64,000 nt of DNA from an uncultured Clostridia bacterium (GTDB lineage: Bacteria > Acidobacteriota > Aminicenantia > UBA2199): the NCBI GenBank assembly GCA_964422395.1, contig CAYRAO010000007.1:11491-75490 (forward strand). The letters are read 5' to 3'. This document shows positions 28,251 to 36,365 of this stretch, in pieces. Numbering within the stretch: the stretch's first letter is position 1; each line of letters starts with the position of its first letter. The notes beneath the pieces were generated by a model. That model searched no databases, was not told where the DNA came from, and saw only the letters and a program-made list of their open reading frames with translations. The translations under genes and the position numbers were made by a program.

Positions 28251-28853
28251 TCACTCGGAATTTCTCTTGAGTAATCGCTCAAGTGAAACCTCTTTATATC
28301 CTTTAATCCTTTTTGAAAATACAATCTTTCCCGATCTCTTCTTGACTTCATATACTTTAAATTCCAACCTAATATCGTGACTTTTCAAGTTTATCTTTAT
28401 AGGATACTTTTTTATTTCCGATTCAAAAATCCGTATTGTAAATCCGCAATCACGTAATTTGTTTGAATTAAATCTTTGTTCAAGCAACAAAGCCTTTATT
28501 TCATTGTAAGAAAGATTTATCCCCCAAAAATTATATAAAAACTCCCGAAATTCCCCCACCCAGTATTGCTTTTTCTTCGGAACTATTATTTTTGACCGGT
28601 TTCCTTTGACAAGTATTTCAAAAAAGACTTGATTCATCGGTCCCAAAAATATCAATCTATCTCCTCTGCTATTGAATCCAATAAGAATCTTCGTTTTCTC
28701 CGTACCCAAGTTACTTATTACTTTAACTTTAAGCTTCACCGATTTATACTTTTCATTACTTAACACGGAGTCAATTCCTATCTTTGGTGTTCGGCAATTG
28801 GAGAACACAAATAAGACCGTTAGAATTATGAGGTAAATAGATTTTTTTCCCAT
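28251..28853 (-). CDS. Lipoprotein (lipobox VFSNC), possibly LolB-like by synteny with ispE-prs
   Basis: 200 aa. Signal peptide plus Cys. Immediately upstream of ispE, as lolB is in E. coli. No sequence motif confirms LolB. Confidence 0.45.
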   Translation of the reverse strand: MGKKSIYLIILTVLFVFSNCRTPKIGIDSVLSNEKYKSVKLKVKVISNLGTEKTKILIGFNSRGDRLIFLGPMNQVFFEILVKGNRSKIIVPKKKQYWVGEFREFLYNFWGINLSYNEIKALLLEQRFNSNKLRDCGFTIRIFESEIKKYPIKINLKSHDIRLEFKVYEVKKRSGKIVFSKRIKGYKEVSLERLLKRNSE

Positions 28854-28895
28854 TTATGATCCGATTTTATCCAATTTTTAGGATAATAAAATAAT

Positions 28896-29438
28896 TCAGT
28901 TTACTTCAAGCAAGTCATTTTTAGTGAATATCGAACTGAAAGGATAACCTGCCGTTTCTATTATCTCTCTACCCCCCTCTCCCCTATCTATCAATGCCAT
29001 AACGGAAATTACCGATCCACCCGCCTTTTCAACTTCCGCAGCACCTTTAAGAATTGACCCGCCCGTTGTGATTACATCGTCAAAAATCACAACTCGATCT
29101 CCATTTTTAAAATTTCCCTCAATTATTTTTCCCGTCCCGTATGCTTTCTCTTGCTTTCTGATTATAAATGCAGGAATCGGTTTCCCTTCGATAAAACTAT
29201 TAACGGATATTGAAGAAACGATCGGGTCGGCTCCAATTGAATAACCTCCGATAGAATCTACATCTATCCCTTCAAGCATGTTGAAAAATATTTTTCCTAT
29301 CAAGTATGCCCCTTCGGGATGTAGAGTTGTAATTCTTGCATCAACATAAAAATTACTTTTTTTTCCTGAGGCAAGAGTGAATTCTCTACCATTTATAACA
29401 GATAGATCCAAAAGTATTTTTTTAAGTTTTGTTCTCAT
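28896..29438 (-). CDS. pyrE: Orotate phosphoribosyltransferase (type I PRTase)
   Basis: REFTLASGKKSNFYVDAR and the PRPP-binding motif VVIFDDVITTGGS. Confidence 0.8.
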   Translation of the reverse strand: MRTKLKKILLDLSVINGREFTLASGKKSNFYVDARITTLHPEGAYLIGKIFFNMLEGIDVDSIGGYSIGADPIVSSISVNSFIEGKPIPAFIIRKQEKAYGTGKIIEGNFKNGDRVVIFDDVITTGGSILKGAAEVEKAGGSVISVMALIDRGEGGREIIETAGYPFSSIFTKNDLLEVN

Positions 29439-29989
29439 TTGAACTTGCCTTTAAAATCATCAGGCATGAACTCTTTGATGATCGGAGCAATCTTTACTAA
29501 GGACTCTTCTAAAAAATGGAGGTCGGAAATTGAAAAATCCAATCCTGCTTCGTCAAGGTTCACAGATCTTTTCGATATTTCAACAATTCCGATATGATCA
29601 TCCGATTGTGATATCCTTGCTGCAATCATCTTCCATATCGGAAGAATCCGGTTTTCCGGAGTTCGAATACTCTCAAAAATAGACAAATGTCTCTGGTGAT
29701 GAAAATTATTATCTATTAACCCTTTTCCGCTTTTGAAAATTCTCGAAGCAATAGCCTCATTGAGACTAATCGGAATCATCCCCGCATCAACAAGATAGTG
29801 AGGATGGGCAAACGAGAGAACGGTTTTTTGTTTGTTAGTAAGCAATATTGCCACTTCGTTACTGGAAACATTAAAATTTGACATATAAAACTCAGCGATT
29901 GAGTTTATTGCAACCTGGAACTTATCGTTAGGTTCCGTTTTCCCAAGCTCAACCCTTAAACTTAAAACAAGTTCATCAACTTCTCTCAT
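29435..29989 (-). CDS. GAF-domain-like protein
   Basis: Start set to MREVDEL (29989), with AAGGAG upstream. The track M at 30046 is a TTG codon. GAF-like core around HPHYLVDAGMIPIS. It is divergent from the Roadblock operon. Confidence 0.5.
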   Translation of the reverse strand: MREVDELVLSLRVELGKTEPNDKFQVAINSIAEFYMSNFNVSSNEVAILLTNKQKTVLSFAHPHYLVDAGMIPISLNEAIASRIFKSGKGLIDNNFHHQRHLSIFESIRTPENRILPIWKMIAARISQSDDHIGIVEISKRSVNLDEAGLDFSISDLHFLEESLVKIAPIIKEFMPDDFKGKFK

Positions 29990-30277
29990 GATAACTCCTT
30001 TTTTTTTTACTCGTTTAATACTATTATTAATTGAGAAAAAAAACAACCCGTTTTTTAAATCTCTATAAAAGTTTCTTCATTAATTTAGTAAAAATTTAAC
30101 AATGTGCTTCCTTAATATCACAATTTTTATCATTTCCCATTTATTTTTTACATATGACATGAAAAATCAGGATTATTTTTAACGATTTTTGATTTAATAA
30201 TTTCTATATGTTAAACTTTATAGCATGTGTTGTAGTTTTTACTGAAATGGTATCATTTCTTTAGAAAAGGAGAGCGA

Positions 30278-30652
30278 ATGGCAAAAAATGATGAATTAAA
30301 TGAGATTCTATCAAAACTTCAGTCGGTTACTTCCGATTTTGAAGCAAGTGCAATTATTTCCGAAGACGGATTGATTATTGCTCAAAAACTGCCCCAAGAA
30401 CTCCCTGAAACACAGATAGCTCCAATGAGTGCCGCAATGATGAATATAGGTGTTAAGACAGCAAAAGAATTAAAAAAAGGGGAACTCCGGCAATTGTTTT
30501 TAAAAGGGGAGAATGGCAATATCCTTATTGTACGGTCTGGCCCTCATTCTCTACTTTTGGCTTTAACAAAGGAAGAAGCAAAACTTGGTCTTATTTTTCT
30601 TAGTTTATCAAAAGCAGCAGAAGAGATAGACGAGGTACTATCAACATTTTGA
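30278..30652 (+). CDS. Roadblock/LC7 (MglB-like) domain protein
   Basis: 124 aa. FEASAIISEDGLIIAQ...APMSAAMMNIG...ILIVRSGPHSLLLAL matches the Roadblock/LC7 alpha-beta-alpha pattern. RBS AGGAGAG. Confidence 0.75.
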   Translation: MAKNDELNEILSKLQSVTSDFEASAIISEDGLIIAQKLPQELPETQIAPMSAAMMNIGVKTAKELKKGELRQLFLKGENGNILIVRSGPHSLLLALTKEEAKLGLIFLSLSKAAEEIDEVLSTF

Positions 30653-30701
30653 CAAAAATATTTGAGATTCGTTTTAAAATATATTGCAAGGAGAATCGTA
30701 C

Positions 30702-31454
30702 ATGATAGAGCTTTTTAATAATAATAGCCATAGAAGTATTATGTTTAACGATCTTTCCGTAGGAAGTATGATACAATCTTCTCAACACCTGATAATAGAT
30801 GGAGATGAAGCTATACTGCTTGATCCTGGCGGTCATAAAATCTATGCTAAATTGATTTCAGAAATCAGTAACTCTATCGGATCGATTTCAAAAATTAAGC
30901 AGATTTTTTTCTCTCATCAGGACCCTGACATCGTTGCCTCGGCTAATGCATGGCTCATGATGACAGACGCCAAAGCATATTTGCCTGAATTGTGGATAAG
31001 ATTCATTACCCATTTTGGAATTGATGATCTGGTACTAAAACAAATCACTCCCATTCCCGACCAAGGGATGGAGATAAATTTAAATAAAAAAACACTAAAT
31101 CTTATTCCTGCTCATTTTCTTCACTCAACAGGCAATTTTCAATTATATGACCCCGAATCCAAAATACTCTATTCCGGTGATATGGGAGCATCGTTTGGAC
31201 AAGACTACGATTTTGTTAAATCATTTGATGACCATATTAAGTATATTGAAGGCTTCCACAAAAGATACATACCATCCGGAGAACTGCTTAAAAAATGGGT
31301 AAAGATGATAAAAAGATACGATATTGAGATAATCGCTCCTCAACACGGTGCGGTTATGAAGGGGAAGGATATAATTGAAAAATATTTGTTGTGGCTTGAA
31401 AACTTAAAATGCGGAATTGATCTTATAGATGAAAATTTTATATTTCAAAGTTAA
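30702..31454 (+). CDS. Metallo-beta-lactamase-fold protein, flavodiiron N-domain / ODP-like
   Basis: Start at the ATG at 30702, with AAGGAG 8 nt upstream; the track start at 30684 is TTG. MBL landmarks in order: LIIDGDEAILLDPGG, SHQDPD (cf. HxExDH of FDPs), PAHFLHS, SGDMG, APQHG. Confidence 0.55.
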   Translation: MIELFNNNSHRSIMFNDLSVGSMIQSSQHLIIDGDEAILLDPGGHKIYAKLISEISNSIGSISKIKQIFFSHQDPDIVASANAWLMMTDAKAYLPELWIRFITHFGIDDLVLKQITPIPDQGMEINLNKKTLNLIPAHFLHSTGNFQLYDPESKILYSGDMGASFGQDYDFVKSFDDHIKYIEGFHKRYIPSGELLKKWVKMIKRYDIEIIAPQHGAVMKGKDIIEKYLLWLENLKCGIDLIDENFIFQS

Positions 31455-31468
31455 GAATTTAATAAACC

Positions 31469-32395
31469 ATGAAGAAAAACACTATACTAATAATAGATGA
31501 TGATCCGGTAACAGCCGCTGTAATAGAAGAATATCTTATCAATTCGGGATTCAATGTTTTAAAATCACATGACGGTAAATCGGGGATTAAGGTAATGATG
31601 AACTACCGTCCCGACTTAATTCTCCTTGACATTGTTATTCCCGGAAAAGACGGGATTCAGATATTAAAAGAGATAAAACTGACTCCCGGATTTTCAAATA
31701 CACCCGTTTTGCTACTATCTTCCGTAAAAAGAACTAATGTTAAAGTCAAAGGGCTTGAACTTGGTGCGGATGATTATATAACAAAACCGGTTGACAAAGC
31801 CGAACTACTTGCTAGGATAAAATTATCTATCAAAAGATCGGCAAGGAGAAGAGCTAATCCCGGAATTCTTGAAGGAGAATTAGTGAATTTTTCTCTTGCA
31901 GACCTACTCCAAAGTTTTGAATTAGGGAAAAAAACCGCAACAATCTTATTTCCAGATATGGATGGTGAAATTATTATTGAGAATGGAATAATCACTTATT
32001 GTAGACAAGGAACATTTACAAAAATGAAAGCTATTAACAGATTGTTCTTTTTAGAGACAGGAAATTTTATAGTGGATTTCAATAAAATTAATGAAAGATC
32101 TGAAAGTTATAAAATTACAATAATGAATTTGTTGGTGACTAACGTTACTTATATTGATGAGGTAAGATTGCTAATTAAATCTCTTCCAAAAAATATCAAC
32201 GGCGTAAAAATAACAAAAGAATTAAAAGATCTAACAAAATTGAATATACCGGAATCAGACAATTTCATGGACATAAACACAATTATTGCAGAGATGGATG
32301 GAGATCTTAAAGGAAATGTTAGATCTTTAATTCAAATTAACAAAAGTCATTCGCATATTTTTGGGAACATACATTTATTACAGGAGAAATACTGA
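31469..32395 (+). CDS. Response regulator: N-terminal REC, C-terminal DUF4388 (PATAN-like)
   Basis: REC: ILIIDDD, phospho-acceptor D in LILLDIVIPGKDG, and YITKP. DUF4388: GELVNFSLADLLQSFELGKKTATILF...GEIIIENGIITYC...KMKAINRLFFLETGNFIVDF. Confidence 0.8.
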   Translation: MKKNTILIIDDDPVTAAVIEEYLINSGFNVLKSHDGKSGIKVMMNYRPDLILLDIVIPGKDGIQILKEIKLTPGFSNTPVLLLSSVKRTNVKVKGLELGADDYITKPVDKAELLARIKLSIKRSARRRANPGILEGELVNFSLADLLQSFELGKKTATILFPDMDGEIIIENGIITYCRQGTFTKMKAINRLFFLETGNFIVDFNKINERSESYKITIMNLLVTNVTYIDEVRLLIKSLPKNINGVKITKELKDLTKLNIPESDNFMDINTIIAEMDGDLKGNVRSLIQINKSHSHIFGNIHLLQEKY

Positions 32396-33204
32396 TGGGG
32401 AAAATAATAATGATAGCCAGCCAGAAAGGCGGTGTCGGAAAAACAACCGTCGCATTCAACTTGTCTTACAGCTTAGGGAAAATGGGAAATTCGATACTTT
32501 TAATTGATGGAGATCCGCAAGGAGGTATTGCAATTGCAAGTAATCTTAAGGAGAGAACAAAATTAGGGATATTGGATATAATCAATGGGAAATGTAATCC
32601 GGAGGAGGCTGTACAAAAAACAAAAGATGATTCTATGAGCATTCTCGGTATAGGGGAACTGTCATCAACAGATATATCACTCCTTGAAGACAAAGCAAGA
32701 TCAGGTGAACTCGGTTCCATAATAAAAGAACTTTCTACTTTATATCAATATGTAGTCATTGATACTCCCGCTGGAGTTGGGGTGATTGTATCTTCACTAA
32801 TGCGTGTAACCGATGAAATCATAACCGTTATCAACAGCAGATCATTTTCTCTTAAATCACTTCCGATTTTTCTCCGAATGATAAAGGAAATAAAAGAAAA
32901 TCACAATAAAGATCTTGATCTGAACGGAGTTATAATAAATATGTTCAGGAGCGATAGTGAATTTGAAAAAAACATTCTTGAGCAAATAAAAAAAATTTTT
33001 CCAAAAGAAATTTTTTATAATACAATCATCCCTTTCAGCAACCATTTTGAAAAGGCAAGTATTTACTCCGTACCGATATCAATGATATCTCGAGGAAATG
33101 TAGCATCAAGACCATTCATAGAATTGGCAATTGAACTGAAAGAGAGAGAAATAAATAATATTACAGGAGATAATAATGAAGATCCAAGTATGGGACTCTT
33201 TTAA
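32395..33204 (+). CDS. ParA/MinD-family deviant Walker A ATPase
   Basis: ASQKGGVGKTTVAFNLS (deviant Walker A KGGxxK[ST]) and the Walker B region VVIDTPAG. Its start overlaps the upstream stop as ATGA. Confidence 0.85.
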   Translation: MGKIIMIASQKGGVGKTTVAFNLSYSLGKMGNSILLIDGDPQGGIAIASNLKERTKLGILDIINGKCNPEEAVQKTKDDSMSILGIGELSSTDISLLEDKARSGELGSIIKELSTLYQYVVIDTPAGVGVIVSSLMRVTDEIITVINSRSFSLKSLPIFLRMIKEIKENHNKDLDLNGVIINMFRSDSEFEKNILEQIKKIFPKEIFYNTIIPFSNHFEKASIYSVPISMISRGNVASRPFIELAIELKEREINNITGDNNEDPSMGLF

Positions 33205-33748
33205 TTTTTCAGAAACCAACAATCTGTTTAAAGAACTAAAAAAAGAAAATCTCGATACAGGGGATGTAATAGGTAAAAAAGAAAATTTCTTTTCTGAAAA
33301 AGTTTTTAACGATGTTAATGGGCAAGATACCGATACAACTCCGATCACCGAAACATATGAGGAACTATCTCTTTCTTCGGAAATAAATGATGCTACCTTC
33401 CTTAAAAAATCTTTATCGGGAATGTGCAAAAGAGGAGGATTCCACGGAGCTGTTTTAGCAGACTTTGACGGTCTGCCTATCTCTGCTTTTAACAGCCCCG
33501 TAAGTGACGAAATACTTGCCGTCTATTCTTCAATTCTCGGAGAATCTATTGAAAAAGCCGCCTCCATGTTGGATCAACCATATGCTAATAATATCTCCCT
33601 TGATATTAATACTATGGACAAAATTATTCTAAGAAAATTTACCCCTAAAAAAACGTCGTACTTTTTGCTTATTGTTTCTCCGCAAAATATTGATGAAAGA
33701 GCGGAAATTGAGATTACCATAAATCAGGTTTCACAAATATTACAATAA
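33176..33748 (+). CDS. Roadblock/LC7-domain protein with an acidic, disordered N-terminal extension of about 90 aa
   Basis: C-terminal GFHGAVLADFDGLPISAF...ILAVYSSILGE...YFLLIVSP matches Roadblock. RBS GGAG. Overlaps the ParA gene by 29 nt. Confidence 0.65.
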   Translation: MKIQVWDSFNFSETNNLFKELKKENLDTGDVIGKKENFFSEKVFNDVNGQDTDTTPITETYEELSLSSEINDATFLKKSLSGMCKRGGFHGAVLADFDGLPISAFNSPVSDEILAVYSSILGESIEKAASMLDQPYANNISLDINTMDKIILRKFTPKKTSYFLLIVSPQNIDERAEIEITINQVSQILQ

Positions 33749-33810
33749 AATACTGTAACGATAGCAGTATTGTTTTAATGATGGACTTTTTTTGGAAATA
33801 GTGTATTTAT

Positions 33811-36099
33811 ATGACAAACAGAGTTAAAAATATTGGTAATTCGGAATTCGGTCCAATGATGGACAATATTCCAGTAGGGCTTTACGAATCTACTCCGGAT
33901 GGGAAATTTCTAAAAATTAATACATTTATAATGGAAATGTTCGGTTTTTCCTCTAAGGAAGAAATGTTAAATTATGATATTTCCACCCTGTACCCGTCAA
34001 AAGAAGATAGAGACGAACTACTTCTAAAATACAAAAATGTCGATAAAATAAAGAACCATGAACTTAAACTAAAAAGAAAGGACGGGACACATTTCTGGGG
34101 ATCACTTACCGAAACTACAATAAAAAATAAAAATGGAAATATAATCTATTTTTTTGGAATTCTTGAAAATATAACGGAAAAGAAAGCAAAAGAAGAAGAA
34201 CTCATTAAATTGGTAACCCTTGTGGAGCAAGCAGCAATATCAATCATACTAACCGATACAAAAGGGTCTATTCAGTATGTAAATCCATGGTTCGAAAAAA
34301 CTTCCGGATATAAAGCTGATAAAATAAAAGGGGAAAATCCAAGAATTTTGAAATCTAAAAATGCCTTATATCCTCCCAGTTATTTTAAATCTTTATGGGA
34401 ATCAATAAATAATAGAGAGATTTGGCGTGGACAATTTACAAACAGGAAAAAATCTGGAGAAGATTTTATTGAAGATGCCACGATTTTCCCAATTATTTCC
34501 AAAAACAATAAAGAATTATTGGGCTTTGGAGCAGTACAAAAAGATATTACAAGACAGATCGAACTCGAAAGAGAATTGGAACACTCACTTAGAGAGATGG
34601 AAACACTGAAAGTAAAAGCTGAATCATCATCAAAACTAAAATCAATTTTTTTGGCAAATATGTCTCACGATATAAGGACACCCTTGAATGCTATCATAGG
34701 TTTTGCAAATCTTCTTAGGGAAAACAGACTCAATACCAAACTCAACAAATATGTAGAAAATATTATTAAATCCGGAAATGTACTTTTAAATTTGATTAAT
34801 GATATCCTTGATCTCTCAAAAATAGAAGCAGGTCAGATGAGTATTGCTCAAAATACTTTTTTTCTAAATGAGTTAATCGATAACCTCAAATCTATTTTCA
34901 ACTCTCAATTCAATAAAAAAAATATTATTTTTAGAATTAAAAAAGGATCAAATCTTCCCGAAAAAATTTTTAGCGATCAATCCCGTGTCCAACAAATTTT
35001 GATAAATCTGTTGTCTAATGCTCTGAAATTCACACGGGAGGGGGAAGTTACTTTAAAAATAAGTCATGACAAACAGAATGATCTTTTAAAATTTTTCGTA
35101 ACAGATACAGGAATAGGCATTCCTGAAGAGTCTCAGGATAAATTATTTTTCCCTTTTTATTCAAACAAATCTCTTGATAATATTGATGAATCGGGCACGG
35201 GATTGGGTCTTACCATTTGTAAAAACTTGTCCGAACTTTTAAACGGCAATATTAAAATGAGATCAAAGTTAGGAGAAGGATCCGAATTTATCTTTGAACT
35301 ACCCGCAAATTCGTCTGAGGTAGAGGATATTTTACAACTTAAAGAGAGCAATTTCATAATTAATAATGAAGAAATCATTGAACATGCTAACAAAAAAATT
35401 CTAATTGCCGAAGACAATCCGGCAAATGCAGAACTACTATATGAATTTCTTGAACTTAAAGGATTTAAAAATATACACATTGTAAATGATGGTGAAAAAG
35501 CGATAAAAATGGCTTTAAAGCAGTTACCGCAATTGATAATTATGGATAATAAGATGCCAAAAAAATCAGGATTTAAAGCATTAAAGATTTTAAGGGAGAA
35601 AGGATTTGAAAACCCGATAATAATTCTCACTGCTGATGCTATTGAAGAAATACAAAAAGATGAAATTAATATTATGCCTGAAAGTTACCTCACAAAACCG
35701 ATTAATTTTGAATTTTTATTTGAGGAAATCTGCCGTCTTTTAAAATGTGATGATACGACGCGGACAAAAAATATAATCGGAAATAATGGAGCGAAATTTA
35801 TAATTAACAAAAATATTTCAACAAAAGTCAAAAATATTTTTTTAAAAGACCTAAAAGAGAAACAAATATTTATCAATAAAGTGATTAAAAAGAAAAACAT
35901 TAAAAATAAGTTGGATGAAATCTCAATTATTGCACATACTTATAAAGGAAATGCCGGATATTTCGGTCTTAAACCTTTTGAATTACTGGCAAAAGAACTT
36001 GATCGAAAATTAAAGGACAATGCTTCCGAAAAATCCATATTAAATACGACGATTGCTTTAAATGATATGATAAGCAGTATTATTGCATCAAACAAATAA
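33811..36099 (+). CDS. Cytoplasmic hybrid sensor histidine kinase: PAS-PAS-HisKA-HATPase_c-REC-Hpt
   Basis: Two PAS blocks. H-box MSHDIRTPLNAIIGF. HATPase GTGLGLTICKNL. REC with D in LIIMDNKMP and K in LTKP. C-terminal Hpt motif AHTYKGNAGYFG. No TM segment. Confidence 0.88.
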   Translation: MTNRVKNIGNSEFGPMMDNIPVGLYESTPDGKFLKINTFIMEMFGFSSKEEMLNYDISTLYPSKEDRDELLLKYKNVDKIKNHELKLKRKDGTHFWGSLTETTIKNKNGNIIYFFGILENITEKKAKEEELIKLVTLVEQAAISIILTDTKGSIQYVNPWFEKTSGYKADKIKGENPRILKSKNALYPPSYFKSLWESINNREIWRGQFTNRKKSGEDFIEDATIFPIISKNNKELLGFGAVQKDITRQIELERELEHSLREMETLKVKAESSSKLKSIFLANMSHDIRTPLNAIIGFANLLRENRLNTKLNKYVENIIKSGNVLLNLINDILDLSKIEAGQMSIAQNTFFLNELIDNLKSIFNSQFNKKNIIFRIKKGSNLPEKIFSDQSRVQQILINLLSNALKFTREGEVTLKISHDKQNDLLKFFVTDTGIGIPEESQDKLFFPFYSNKSLDNIDESGTGLGLTICKNLSELLNGNIKMRSKLGEGSEFIFELPANSSEVEDILQLKESNFIINNEEIIEHANKKILIAEDNPANAELLYEFLELKGFKNIHIVNDGEKAIKMALKQLPQLIIMDNKMPKKSGFKALKILREKGFENPIIILTADAIEEIQKDEINIMPESYLTKPINFEFLFEEICRLLKCDDTTRTKNIIGNNGAKFIINKNISTKVKNIFLKDLKEKQIFINKVIKKKNIKNKLDEISIIAHTYKGNAGYFGLKPFELLAKELDRKLKDNASEKSILNTTIALNDMISSIIASNK

Positions 36100-36140
36100 A
36101 ATATACCCCATAAGATAATGATTTTGTGATCTGAGCAAAT

Positions 36141-36365
36141 ATGGTTTATAATGCATCCATAATGAAAAAATGTAACACAAATCCTTTCGTAAAATATATA
36201 AGAATAGGGCTTTCACTTCTCGTTATCGGACTTGGAATATTCTATAAAAATTGGGTAGGAATACTTGGCATATTAACACTCGTATCCGCATTTACAGGCG
36301 AATGTGCATTCAATGTCAAAATCAACAGAAGTTCTCACGAAGAGTCTGCTTCCGGAAAAAACTGA
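36141..36365 (+). CDS. Small membrane protein (possibly DUF2892-like)
   Basis: 74 aa. One or two hydrophobic segments and a conserved-looking Cys. It overlaps convergently with the 36335 gene and may be spurious. Confidence 0.3.
   Translation: MVYNASIMKKCNTNPFVKYIRIGLSLLVIGLGIFYKNWVGILGILTLVSAFTGECAFNVKINRSSHEESASGKN

Noticed and set aside
28251-28853. Confident call of this lipoprotein as LolB
   Set aside because: Only the lipobox and the ispE-adjacent synteny support it. No diagnostic sequence motif is recognised, so I kept it as a low-confidence label.
30047-30277. Sigma54 promoter upstream of the Roadblock operon
   Set aside because: The only TGG-containing candidate (TGGTATCATTTCTTT) lacks the -12 GC at correct spacing. 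The AT-rich region is more consistent with sigma70-type divergent promoters.
30702-31454. Possibility that the 250-aa protein is the missing MglA-like GTPase partner of the Roadblock proteins
   Set aside because: It has no P-loop (GxxxxGK[ST]) and no G2-G5 motifs. Its conserved residues follow the metallo-beta-lactamase fold order instead.
36141-36365. 74-aa ORF as a real gene
   Set aside because: It was not fully rejected, but it overlaps the convergent Wzy-like gene end by 31 nt and has weak support. Kept at low confidence only.
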